Assembly: GCA_024614665.1 (NCBI GenBank) | Contig: GCA_024614665.1_4861.1 | Direction: 5' to 3' (one strand) | From: a phage | DNA length: 64,000 nt | In this document: one piece after another, positions 38,676-48,592 of the stretch | Layout of the letters: each line of letters begins with the position of its first letter | Position numbering within the stretch: position 1 is the first letter of the stretch | Notes under the pieces: generated by a model | Databases searched by the model: none | Seen by the model: only the letters and a program-made list of their open reading frames with translations | What the model was told of the DNA's origin: nothing | Translations under genes and position numbers: made by a program

Positions 38676-39305
38676 CTACGGTGTAACGACGTATTCGTTC
38701 AGTGCGTTATCAAAAGCAGTACGCGCAGTGGCGACCGCCTCCGAGACCTTAACTTCACCGCGCTCCCAGTTGACGCTGATAATCAGTCGATAAAATTCGC
38801 CGGCTTTCAGCAGTTGACTGGTAGACAGGCGCACATCTTGTCCGAAACTTAAGTGATAGACAAAAACGTGGCCGCCGTTGCGAAGTTCTGACAACCGCAT
38901 CTCGCCCAGGTAAATCGGTTTGATATCCCAGTTCGACATGCGGTGCGGTACAATCCATACTTCACCCGCCCGATTCGGTTCCTGCGTCAGGTTGACCGAA
39001 GGCTGCGCTACATCACGTTCATCAAAACCGTAAAGATACAATCGTGTGGGTATTTCGATTGCAGAGAAGTTGTGACGTGCACCCTTAATCGCTCGCTCTA
39101 AATCTACCGAGCAGCAAATCCTGGGCACGGTCTTGTCTTCATCTGGCGCGCACGAAAGTGGGATACGCGGCGAAAACGTCGGTATCTTACACTTGCTTAA
39201 ATGCAGCGGCTGTTCAGTCAGTTTACGCAACGTCAACTTTTTGGCGACGTGCGGCATCTGGCGTTCACACCACCGCTCTAATGACGGGTCGATATGTTCT
39301 GCCAT
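38676..39305 (-). CDS. hypothetical protein (209 aa)
   Basis: ORF track. Confidence 0.5.
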   Translation of the reverse strand: MAEHIDPSLERWCERQMPHVAKKLTLRKLTEQPLHLSKCKIPTFSPRIPLSCAPDEDKTVPRICCSVDLERAIKGARHNFSAIEIPTRLYLYGFDERDVAQPSVNLTQEPNRAGEVWIVPHRMSNWDIKPIYLGEMRLSELRNGGHVFVYHLSFGQDVRLSTSQLLKAGEFYRLIISVNWERGEVKVSEAVATARTAFDNALNEYVVTP

Positions 39306-39308
39306 TTT

Positions 39309-40112
39309 TTACCAGCTCCTTACACCCATGCCCATTACCCGCAGATTGGACACTTTCGGAGCCAGCTGCAGGTATTCCTGCGCGAGTTGCTGGAGAGCAC
39401 CACGACGGGACTCAGTGGCAACAGCGCTGGTCGTTGTCGGATTGTACAGAATGTCTTCCAACACTTGACGACTGATAGGGCGGTCGACGTAAGTGCGAGT
39501 AGATTCCTGTGCCACTTTACTACCGCGTTGAATCGCAGAGTATTTGTTACAGATTTGCAGGCCATCTTCAATAACCCAGTCAAAGGTGACCAGTTTATCG
39601 ATACGGCGTACGATAGTCGTACCCAGACGACCTTCACGAACGATAGCACGCAGTGAGAAACACACGTTCTGATGTGGGTTCTCTAGTGCTTCCGCCAGAA
39701 GCGGACCACGTTCACGGTTAGGTTTAATCCAACCCCAGATTTCCATTACCGGCAGACCGTTACACATCTGGTCGGTCGGCTTCACTTCTACTTCGCGAAT
39801 GTGCATACACACGTTACGCGTTTCGATCCATTCGTTACGTTCGATCCACTGGGCTTCGCTCATGCCTTGTTCGTATTGCGGATGGTCTTCTTCACCGAAG
39901 AGATTCCCCGCCAAAACTTTACGCATGAAAACGTTAGAGCGCTCGAAGACATGTTTTGACTCGTTATAGGCGTAGTAAATATTCTCAGAGTTGAAAATAT
40001 TCAGTGCACCTAACAGGACGTAGTAATACCCGTCCGCATCTTTCTTTAGCGTTGCCCCTTTATTGACCCCAGCGAGTGCCACGCAGTTATAACGTAGTGA
40101 CAAGTTTTCCAT
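39309..40112 (-). CDS. hypothetical protein (267 aa)
   Basis: ORF track. Confidence 0.5.
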   Translation of the reverse strand: MENLSLRYNCVALAGVNKGATLKKDADGYYYVLLGALNIFNSENIYYAYNESKHVFERSNVFMRKVLAGNLFGEEDHPQYEQGMSEAQWIERNEWIETRNVCMHIREVEVKPTDQMCNGLPVMEIWGWIKPNRERGPLLAEALENPHQNVCFSLRAIVREGRLGTTIVRRIDKLVTFDWVIEDGLQICNKYSAIQRGSKVAQESTRTYVDRPISRQVLEDILYNPTTTSAVATESRRGALQQLAQEYLQLAPKVSNLRVMGMGVRSW

Positions 40113-40174
40113 TGGTTTCCCCAGTTGTTATTACCGAGGCGGGTTATTGGGGACGTACAATAACCCTACCTCAG

Positions 40175-40903
40175 TTACCTCATATACAAATCCTCGAGTG
40201 GCTCTGCACGTACCGGATCGACCTGGAGTGCAGAACGGATACCCTGTTTCAGCTCCACATCTGCAATCTTGGCCAACCTGGAAGTTTTGTTCAATGAACC
40301 TGAACGCAGCGGAATAAACTGCACCCGATTCATCAAATCGCTGTCTTTTTTCAGGGTGTAGCGGAAATACGTCCGCGGGTCGCCAACCTTACGCTGTGTG
40401 TGGGCAGCATAACAGTCAGCGGTGATCTGGTCGTTAAAGACCGTAAAGCCGTTCCACGTCTTAGTGTCAGACAATAGCTCAGCGTCATCTACTGCGGTAT
40501 ACCAGAAAGGCCGGTTGCCGAAGTCGTAGATGTACGAAGCGATGTTGTAGACTGGCGAGGATAGCACTTGCAGCATTCGGTTGGGGAACACCACCGTGCC
40601 GGGGTCAAAACGGAACTCGTAATACGGCACACCCTGAACATCAATTTCCTCAAACGCCGACGGGGTAATTTCAATGAACGTCGTGACGTTCGATACCCCG
40701 TAGGTTTTGCGGTCAGTGGAGATAGCGAAAATACCGACGATTTCTACTTGCGAAGAAATTACCGCCAGCTCTTTAGCCACGAAGCCAACAGGGATGTAAA
40801 TGTAACATCCCCCTTTGGTGATGGTGGCCGTGCCTTGGTCCACTAAATCTGCATGAATTTTCGTCGCGTCACGACGTGCTGTTTCAATGGCGCTCACGAC
40901 CAC
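40175..40903 (-). CDS. hypothetical protein (242 aa)
   Basis: ORF track. Confidence 0.5.
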   Translation of the reverse strand: MVVSAIETARRDATKIHADLVDQGTATITKGGCYIYIPVGFVAKELAVISSQVEIVGIFAISTDRKTYGVSNVTTFIEITPSAFEEIDVQGVPYYEFRFDPGTVVFPNRMLQVLSSPVYNIASYIYDFGNRPFWYTAVDDAELLSDTKTWNGFTVFNDQITADCYAAHTQRKVGDPRTYFRYTLKKDSDLMNRVQFIPLRSGSLNKTSRLAKIADVELKQGIRSALQVDPVRAEPLEDLYMR

Positions 40904-40912
40904 CTCTCTTTA

Positions 40913-42388
40913 TTAAACTTTGCTCGGTACAGAAATAACCACACCGCCACAAATCCAATCCAGAACGTAGTTAATCATCCAGTCGGTCGCTACCTCGTCA
41001 GGTTGACGGTTAGCAATCATACCACGATGAATATCCAGCATCAGCTTGGACAGCTCGTACTCACCAAAGACTTCGGTTGCTGAGACTTTGATAACGAACT
41101 CTGTGATGTCGGTGGTGTCGGTGGTGAAGAACTCGTCGATGAAGCTCGCCGTCGAACGCTTAATGAGTTCTGGCGTTGCTACCTGACCGTCTTCTCCACG
41201 CCAGAACAGTTCAGGATCGGTTGCATCGATGGCCACGTTAAACGCTTGTTTCAGTGACTGGCGATTGCGTGTTACCCAATTGCTATCGAGCTTAGCACGC
41301 TGAATCGCGGAACGGTGGCTCCAGGCAGCGATGTAGTCTTTCTGTTTTTCCAACAGTGAAGCTACACGCGTGGAGACATTGGTGTCACCTTCGTCCAGTT
41401 GGTAAATAGCGCCCAGTAACGCTTCAACGCTACCGCCTTTTTCCAGATAGTCATCCATAACTTCCTGGCAGATATACACTTTCTTCTCAACGTTGTCGTA
41501 TCCGAAGACAATGTTACCGGTCTTGATGCGGGTAACGATGTTCTGGGTGTAGGCGTAAACCCAGCCGATATAGCTGTAATGCAATGGCAGCATCTGTGCT
41601 TTCCACTGCCCGCTATTCAGACCAGAGTCTTTCCACGGCATTTCCAGGTAGTAGCCAGAAAGCAGCATAAACAGAATGTTGCGTTTCAGGTTGTGTGGTG
41701 CCTGGTCGCTTACCGGAGAGAGCATGTTCCCTTCGAGCATGGTGCGAACGGCTTCGTTGATGCTCCAACCCAGAGCATTCAGCAGTTCTTTAACCAGATC
41801 GTCGTAAGCTTTGCTGCCGGTTTCTGGCAGTTCGATATCAGCAGGGACGTTAGCTTTAACCGCGGGATGTGTGGTACCGTTACCCAGCGGGTTCTCTACC
41901 GAATCAATTAATGCTTGTACCACCGGGGAGTTCAACGCCGGGTCCATACCTGCCGGTACGAGTGCCCACTCTTCGCTAACTGCCTGGTTTTCAATACCCT
42001 GGTTGTTTTGGATGACCAGCTGAACAAACGGCTGAATAACGTTACGGGCAAAGTCAAGCATACCCTGACAACGCTGGATGGCCATGCGCTTCAGTTCAAA
42101 CAGCGTTGGTTCGTGGTCTTCGACGTTCAGCGTTTCTGGACCCGCTGCCGTATCCGCGATTACAGACGCTTCGCCCGTGCCAGCTTGCGGCGTTTTCAGT
42201 GCAGTGATATCCGGCAGAGACTGGAAGAACTCTTCGTCAGTTATCTGCGTATCGAAAACGCTCTGCTGCGTAGTCGCTTTTGTCAGTAGACCAACAGGAC
42301 TGTCAACGTCAGCTTCCAAACGAATCTGGTGTTGTTTCGCCAGTTTCATTGCGTTGGTGACAGCATTAAGTGAATATAAGTTGATCAT
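40913..42388 (-). CDS. hypothetical protein (491 aa)
   Basis: ORF track. Confidence 0.55.
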   Translation of the reverse strand: MINLYSLNAVTNAMKLAKQHQIRLEADVDSPVGLLTKATTQQSVFDTQITDEEFFQSLPDITALKTPQAGTGEASVIADTAAGPETLNVEDHEPTLFELKRMAIQRCQGMLDFARNVIQPFVQLVIQNNQGIENQAVSEEWALVPAGMDPALNSPVVQALIDSVENPLGNGTTHPAVKANVPADIELPETGSKAYDDLVKELLNALGWSINEAVRTMLEGNMLSPVSDQAPHNLKRNILFMLLSGYYLEMPWKDSGLNSGQWKAQMLPLHYSYIGWVYAYTQNIVTRIKTGNIVFGYDNVEKKVYICQEVMDDYLEKGGSVEALLGAIYQLDEGDTNVSTRVASLLEKQKDYIAAWSHRSAIQRAKLDSNWVTRNRQSLKQAFNVAIDATDPELFWRGEDGQVATPELIKRSTASFIDEFFTTDTTDITEFVIKVSATEVFGEYELSKLMLDIHRGMIANRQPDEVATDWMINYVLDWICGGVVISVPSKV

Positions 42389-42678
42389 GCCTGACCCCCG
42401 TTTTTGGTGCTGATGGAATCCTGGATGCGACCAGTAATGCGCGCACCCACCATATCAGCGATGTCTCGTTTCAGCAAACGCTGATCGCCCATGCGGTCAG
42501 ACAGGCCATTGCTGCCCTTCAGCAGTCCGTGAATAATTTCGGTGGCCAATTCAACCGCATTGCCCAGAACAACAAAGTTCATGCGTTGCTGTGGGGAATA
42601 ACCTTCCGTTTCCGGATTCGTGCTATTACGACCCACCGGAATCCCATGCTGCTGCTTGAGCGTATCTAAAATTCCCAT
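42385..42678 (-). CDS. hypothetical protein (97 aa)
   Basis: ORF track; ATGA overlap with downstream gene. Confidence 0.45.
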   Translation of the reverse strand: MGILDTLKQQHGIPVGRNSTNPETEGYSPQQRMNFVVLGNAVELATEIIHGLLKGSNGLSDRMGDQRLLKRDIADMVGARITGRIQDSISTKNGGQA

Positions 42679-42725
42679 TATTAACTCCGGAGTTTATTTA
42701 CCGGGCGGGAGCGACCCGCCCTACA

Positions 42726-45700
42726 TTAGTTGATTTTAGCCGGCAAGGCTGGGACGTCTTCACCATCTAAGATGCGTCCGATGTTCTCCCCACCACGATA
42801 CCCGACAGCGTTGGTGGTTCCGATGCGCATGATAGAACCTACGATACGTGCGTCGACGGAATCACGACCAAAGATAATGTCGAGTTCCTGCCCGTCTTCC
42901 GTTTTGTTGGTTCCATACATCACTTCCTGAACCGTCGTTTTCAGCTGGTTAGCAATAACCATCTTATCCGCTGCTGCCATCTCTACCCGGTGTGTGATGT
43001 AGAATCGGACACACAGGCTATTGTACGCTAACGGCACCCCCTCAACACGAAAATCACCGTTGACTCGACCGTCCTTCGGCTCGTCACGTTTGAGAGCCAG
43101 CGCAGTCTTCCGACGTATACGGTCGTATTTACGAACCATCTCCGCCAAAGACGGGGTCATATCTTCCAACTCGCCGTGGTAAACCACTTCGATTTTGTCG
43201 ATAAACCCACGAACACCAGAGCGTGGTGCAAAGGAGCTTAACTCACGCAGCGTCTCCGCTGCTTCTTTACTGAACCCGCTCATATCGCCAGTCAGGTTGT
43301 CGGTGAAGGTGCATAGAATTGAATCCACGTCTACGTGGTCCCCTTCTTTTACCATCTCCAACAGGTTCTGGGTGAATGTCATTGTGACTTCTTTGAGTTT
43401 GGTAACATCGGCTTCGGCCTTAGCAGCGAACCGCTCACTAATGGCGTTGGAGTCCTCAATTACTTCTTCCCCTTCAATCAAAGCGACAGTTGCCAGTATC
43501 CCGTTTTTAAAACTGACCTGCGTTGGATCATAGATGTCTGGTTCAAAGTGTTGTTCGTTGTACGTGATAACGGCACCGGCAGGGAGTTTATCTCCGCGCT
43601 TCCATTTCGTTACCAGGGTGTGTGGGTAGTAAGTCCCTTCGTGCGGACCGAACCAACGACCCAGTGGGAAAGCTTCTTCCTCCCCGTCGTCGTATTTGAT
43701 TTTAACGTGGTCGTTAAGAACCTCCACAATCTTGCCAGGTTTATCGATTACGCGTGCGTGCTTCACAGAAGTACGGTGTGCCACGAACTTTTCTTGCTCG
43801 GTACGATACGGTGTGGTGGTTGCGCCAACACAACTGGTCGCAGAACCGAATTGAATCCCAACGAAGTTCTGACGCTTAGCATCGTCCATCAGGGTATCCG
43901 GCACCAAGCCATCAATAAACGACAGCGCCTCACCCGGCTTCAGTTTATCGAGGTCCTTTTTAAAGGTCGTGCCGTCCACGGTATCGTAGCGCGGGTTGTT
44001 TGTTGCAAAGGCGGTGATACCTACGTCGCCGTTATCGACCGTGTTACCGGAGACAATCCCCAGGTCGCTCGGTTGGAATTCACGGGTACTGTAGACCATG
44101 GTTTTGCGGTTACGACCGCCTGTACCGCCCATGGTAACGACATCCTTTTCTTTGATGTTCTGTACCGGGTTTGCGCCAGGTGCCAGCAAAACAGACGGGT
44201 CGGAGTTAATTGCACCCCACACCATGTCCTGTGTCAGCTCAAACTTACGATTCGAGTTAGGCGCGTTGTTGTAGTTACGCATCGCCCGCACCATCGCGGT
44301 GTAGATGTGATACGAAATACGTTGGTTCCCGATGAACATCATTTCGTCACCGTTAATTTCCGGTAACGTGTGGTCCGTCTGCAGCAGTTCGTTAGAACGC
44401 TCCAGTAAGCCGATAAAGGTTTCCGGCTCGCCCATTTTCCTGAGGATACGCGCGTGCATGTCGTCAACAAATGCGGTCCGCATCAGCTTCAGCTCTTTGA
44501 TGTAGCGTGGTGTTAGCCCATCTGCATCGCGTAACAGGTTCAGGTAAATGTCTTCCCGGTCAACTTCCGACTCGGTATACGTGGTAAAGTGTTTAATGTA
44601 ACGGTCTAAGCCGTTGACAATCATCCTCTGTTGATCGTTCTCGCAGACAATTGCAATTTTCGCATCCTGGAGACGAATAATGGAGTCGAACTGACCTTTA
44701 TCGATACGTTGTCCGACAGAGAGAACCTCGTAACTGATACCGAAGTGTTTCAACATCCCGGTTAATCCGAGATAGTACGCAAACACAAAGCCCAGCGAGA
44801 TTGATTTACCCATCAGTGACAATTCAGTCATTTCACGTGGAGCCTTAGCGGTGTCCACGCCAAAGACTTCGGCGAGTGTACCCAGTGGTTCGGTCTTATC
44901 CTTATCCACTCGATAGAGCTGGGAGTTTTTATCCATACCGACGATGACATGACTCCGCGGTTTCTTCGCCACAGGTACCAGCTCGACACGGTCCGCATCT
45001 GCCAGTTGCCCTTCGTTAAAGAATACCGCTTTCTGTTTAATGTCAAAGTTCCATTGGTACCCAATTGCGTTGAACGTTGCTACACGACGCGCTACTTCGG
45101 TATATTGGCGCGGCAGTTTAGACAGCGGATCGAACACATTCGCCAGTTTTGCATCAGTGATTTCGGTGTTCTTTGGATCGACTGCACGAGTAATAATCGC
45201 GTTAGTGAGCCAACGTCCGTAATCATTGACGACTTTATCGCTGCGACGGACAAAGTTCTTCCCGTAGGCAGTGGTTAACGCTACAGTATCGTGGGACACT
45301 TTACGGATAGGAACATCGACGCGCTGACGACGCATTGTATATTCCACACCATTTGCAACCCAAGTACCGTCTTCGGTTAATGCAGGAATTGAGAAACGTA
45401 CCGTGGTTGGTTCTCCGCCAATCGGCTGAATACGCAACGTGTGGTGTTCGATATTCCCGGTAACGGAAATCTCTTTCTCAACAGTGTGATTGTGAATCGC
45501 CAAACCGAGACGCTGAGATGACGCCACTGCACCCAGAACATCTTTCGGGAAGATTTCCTGGTTGTACTGACGAATGATTTGGTCGGTGGTATTTTCCGCC
45601 CAGGCTTCATCCGTAACTAAGCGTTCAATCTTCTTAGGCTCGGCTTTAACTTCGAGTTTCTTCGGATCAATGGTCAGACCTTCGCCGTACGTCTCTTTAG

Positions 45701-46931
45701 GATTGTACGGGTTGGGTAAGTTTACGAAACGTTTAGAAGATTCGTTCAGGAACTGATACGCTTTGGCGGTGACGCGGCCCGCTTCTGCCAGACGCTCAAC
45801 TTCCTGTTTAATCACAGCATCGTGTGGGATGGTGCGTTCTACGACGATGGTGGTTGGTTTGACATCTTCTTTCGGCGCTTCGATGACCAGATCTTCTTTC
45901 TCATCGAACTCATGATCGTTCAATGTGTCGTCGGCGTTGTCGCTTTGTGTTGCTTCATCGTCGACGATATCGAGGGTTTCTTCCGGTTTACTGGCAACGG
46001 TATCAACAGCATCGTCGTCCTCACCCAGATGTACGCGTTCGTCCCCTTCCGGTGTAACGAACTCGTCATCTTCGTAGTCGGTAGACGGCGGTGTGGTCAT
46101 CACAGTAGTCAGTGTACGGTAGAACATTCTGCCCATCTGCACGTCAGTCAAACGACCACCGGCAGACTTACGCATTCTTTCAATTACACCCATGTTCATG
46201 GATGTAAAACCACCGTTGTGCGTGAAGATAAAGTTCACACGTGACAGCTGGTTCATGTCCATACCGTCAAACAGGGTTGCTTGCTGATCGCCGTAAGCCC
46301 AACCGAACAGTTCCAGTAACCACAGGAGATTAAAGTCCTTAAAGCGCTCCAGTTTGGTTTTAACACGATCGTTATACGTCGTTTTAAAACGATCGAAAGA
46401 AGGCAGTACGTTACCCAGTTCGATGATGTAGTAGTTCTGACGCATGTACTCACGTGAGTCAGTTTTCATCTGGTTAGTTATCAGCAGCTGAATGTTGTGC
46501 AGACGTTCGTACCAGGACATCAGAGTATCAGGGTAGAAATAATGCGGCAGCATCGGGGTGTAGTTTTCGATGAGCAGCACTTTTGGATCGGAACGTACCA
46601 CGCCGTCTTCAATCATGCGACGAATACGACGGTTGTTACGATGGTACTGGAAGATTTGACGTTCTTGGCCAACAACCGGTTTCTTACGCGGATGGCCGAT
46701 AATGCCGTCTTCAGGCAGCTGGAAGTGGTGGCGAATCATCGCCGGTTTTTCCAGCTGGCCAAAACACGGTGTAGTTAACGGCGGCGCTAAAACCACCTGG
46801 TCTAAATCGATGGTGTGGTAGATAGAACCACGTGGGAGCTGGAGCTTCTCCAGCGGGATAATACGCGGGCGACCGAACTCATCGGTCTTGCGCACGGTAA
46901 AGCGCTGGTTAAACTGTTTCAGAAAAATCAT
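42726..46931 (-). CDS. multisubunit RNA polymerase beta-like subunit (1401 aa; N-terminal/central module with long acidic insertion)
   Basis: TMGGTGGRNRKTMVYSTREFQPSDLGIVSGNTVDNGDVGITAF resembles the bacterial beta Rif-region segment [44 protein letters not shown]; C-terminal GEMEVWAL-type region not present; adjacent to beta-prime N module. Confidence 0.55.
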   Translation of the reverse strand: MIFLKQFNQRFTVRKTDEFGRPRIIPLEKLQLPRGSIYHTIDLDQVVLAPPLTTPCFGQLEKPAMIRHHFQLPEDGIIGHPRKKPVVGQERQIFQYHRNNRRIRRMIEDGVVRSDPKVLLIENYTPMLPHYFYPDTLMSWYERLHNIQLLITNQMKTDSREYMRQNYYIIELGNVLPSFDRFKTTYNDRVKTKLERFKDFNLLWLLELFGWAYGDQQATLFDGMDMNQLSRVNFIFTHNGGFTSMNMGVIERMRKSAGGRLTDVQMGRMFYRTLTTVMTTPPSTDYEDDEFVTPEGDERVHLGEDDDAVDTVASKPEETLDIVDDEATQSDNADDTLNDHEFDEKEDLVIEAPKEDVKPTTIVVERTIPHDAVIKQEVERLAEAGRVTAKAYQFLNESSKRFVNLPNPYNPKETYGEGLTIDPKKLEVKAEPKKIERLVTDEAWAENTTDQIIRQYNQEIFPKDVLGAVASSQRLGLAIHNHTVEKEISVTGNIEHHTLRIQPIGGEPTTVRFSIPALTEDGTWVANGVEYTMRRQRVDVPIRKVSHDTVALTTAYGKNFVRRSDKVVNDYGRWLTNAIITRAVDPKNTEITDAKLANVFDPLSKLPRQYTEVARRVATFNAIGYQWNFDIKQKAVFFNEGQLADADRVELVPVAKKPRSHVIVGMDKNSQLYRVDKDKTEPLGTLAEVFGVDTAKAPREMTELSLMGKSISLGFVFAYYLGLTGMLKHFGISYEVLSVGQRIDKGQFDSIIRLQDAKIAIVCENDQQRMIVNGLDRYIKHFTTYTESEVDREDIYLNLLRDADGLTPRYIKELKLMRTAFVDDMHARILRKMGEPETFIGLLERSNELLQTDHTLPEINGDEMMFIGNQRISYHIYTAMVRAMRNYNNAPNSNRKFELTQDMVWGAINSDPSVLLAPGANPVQNIKEKDVVTMGGTGGRNRKTMVYSTREFQPSDLGIVSGNTVDNGDVGITAFATNNPRYDTVDGTTFKKDLDKLKPGEALSFIDGLVPDTLMDDAKRQNFVGIQFGSATSCVGATTTPYRTEQEKFVAHRTSVKHARVIDKPGKIVEVLNDHVKIKYDDGEEEAFPLGRWFGPHEGTYYPHTLVTKWKRGDKLPAGAVITYNEQHFEPDIYDPTQVSFKNGILATVALIEGEEVIEDSNAISERFAAKAEADVTKLKEVTMTFTQNLLEMVKEGDHVDVDSILCTFTDNLTGDMSGFSKEAAETLRELSSFAPRSGVRGFIDKIEVVYHGELEDMTPSLAEMVRKYDRIRRKTALALKRDEPKDGRVNGDFRVEGVPLAYNSLCVRFYITHRVEMAAADKMVIANQLKTTVQEVMYGTNKTEDGQELDIIFGRDSVDARIVGSIMRIGTTNAVGYRGGENIGRILDGEDVPALPAKIN

Positions 46932-46949
46932 ACATGTGCCTTATGGGTA

Positions 46950-48563
46950 TCATTTCAACAGCGCAGCAGTCGTTCTTTTAATCACGTTGTTAACCGGATT
47001 GATTTTGAAACTGCCGTCTGTTGCAAACCAGTAGTTTTTCGAACTGACCCACTTCCGATTTTCCTCGAGCGCTTCGGTTGACATCGGGCAGTTTGCTGAG
47101 CCGGTGTCACCATCGTAGTCACCACCCAATCCACCTAATCGGGATGGATGTGGTGCCATGGATTCCACAAAGGTTTTCACGGTACGGTCAGGGAAGCTAA
47201 TTGCACCCTTCTCTTTTAACGTGACCCAATCGTCTTCCAGTTCATGCAAATAGAGGGAAGAGGTGGTGGTCTCCAATCTTATGGTCGAGGAGTAAGTCGA
47301 ACCGCGTCCCGTAACCGGATAACGCGTGATGAACGAGAAGTAGTCATTCCAAATATCGTAACCTGACAAATAGAGGAGTTCTGCTAAGCTCAGTCCGCGG
47401 ACAAGCTTACGGTCACGTCCTTCCGGCAGGTCTTCAATATCGTAAAAGATTTTGAAGCTGCGTTTGTCCTGGTAGATTAATGCCACGTAATGGTCCGGAT
47501 CAATCATCAGCGGTTTATGTCGAAGCTCGCGCGCTTCCATTCTGTTGATGAGTGTTTCGATGCCATCGTCGGTAGTGAAAAGGTCATACACCCGCCCGGA
47601 GACTTCCAGGAACTCACGCTTGAGTGTTTTGGTGTTAACGCCGTATAAGTTGCCGTCCCCTGCCCGGATGTTACTGAGGTAACGTTCACGGATGTGGTAT
47701 TGAGCCACAGGCAGTAATGCCTTCAGGGTTTGGTACAAACCGATACGGGTATCCGTTGGACGAATCGCATCTTCGCGACCCATGACCTTGGAACCGGTTG
47801 AGAATGAAGACAGTACGTTACGCGTACCGTTCATTAACTTACGTGACGTCACTTTACGACGTGCAAAACCACCTTTACCGTCTTGGATGTTGAAAAAGTA
47901 CATCCAGATGTCATTAAAGGTTTGTTGGAGCTTCCAGCGAACCGGGTCAGTCAGTTCCGTTCGCGTACTGCGGTCGGGGATTGCACGTGCCAGAGAAATC
48001 AGACGGCGGTAGAGTCCGCCAATCTCTTCTTCTTGGTCGCGGCCATCCTGACGAATGACCAAATCACGTAATCCCGCAGGCAGAACCAGCACATAGCGGC
48101 TGAGACTGACCGGACGGAACTTATTGAAGAAATCGACTGTCTCGTCGCGACGCATTGATTCGTTGCGTCCTGGCGTCAGTTGTTCGTAGTAGCGTAGGAA
48201 GAAGTTGAAGCCGGTGTCTGCACCTTTATCACTGGGCAGAGCCGGCTCGAAATCTTTTTCTTTCTCATTCCAGATAGCGAATCGCTTCCCGGAACAGATT
48301 TCTTCGTACAGCTGTTTCAGCTGGAACAGTGCCAAACAAACGGTCGGCGAAATGATATCCAGTTTGATATCAATGTACGAGAACGTTGAGTCTCGTGCCT
48401 CGCTCCCTGTGAGGCCAAATATTTCAGTTGAATACAGTCCTTCAGGGTGAAAGTTTTTCGTCAGTCCCTGAAAGGTGTCTGTTGTTGTAACTGGTTTTAA
48501 ATGCGACACCAGGGACTTGTTGACGTTTAACAGGTAAAAGTCAACCCAGTTTAGCTTTCTCAC
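46950..48563 (-). CDS. multisubunit RNA polymerase beta-prime-like N-terminal module (537 aa; paralog with DYDGD)
   Basis: [35 protein letters not shown] matches [67 protein letters not shown] matches region B; [13 protein letters not shown] matches region C; GGDYDGD matches NADFDGD; no Zn-finger cysteines. Confidence 0.7.
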   Translation of the reverse strand: [537 protein letters not shown]

Positions 48564-48592
48564 TTTTAAGCTCCTGAATTGGAAGAAACATT

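Noticed and set aside
43335-44366. Plus-strand ORF of 343 aa
   Set aside because: Antisense to the 1401-aa beta-like gene; composition atypical
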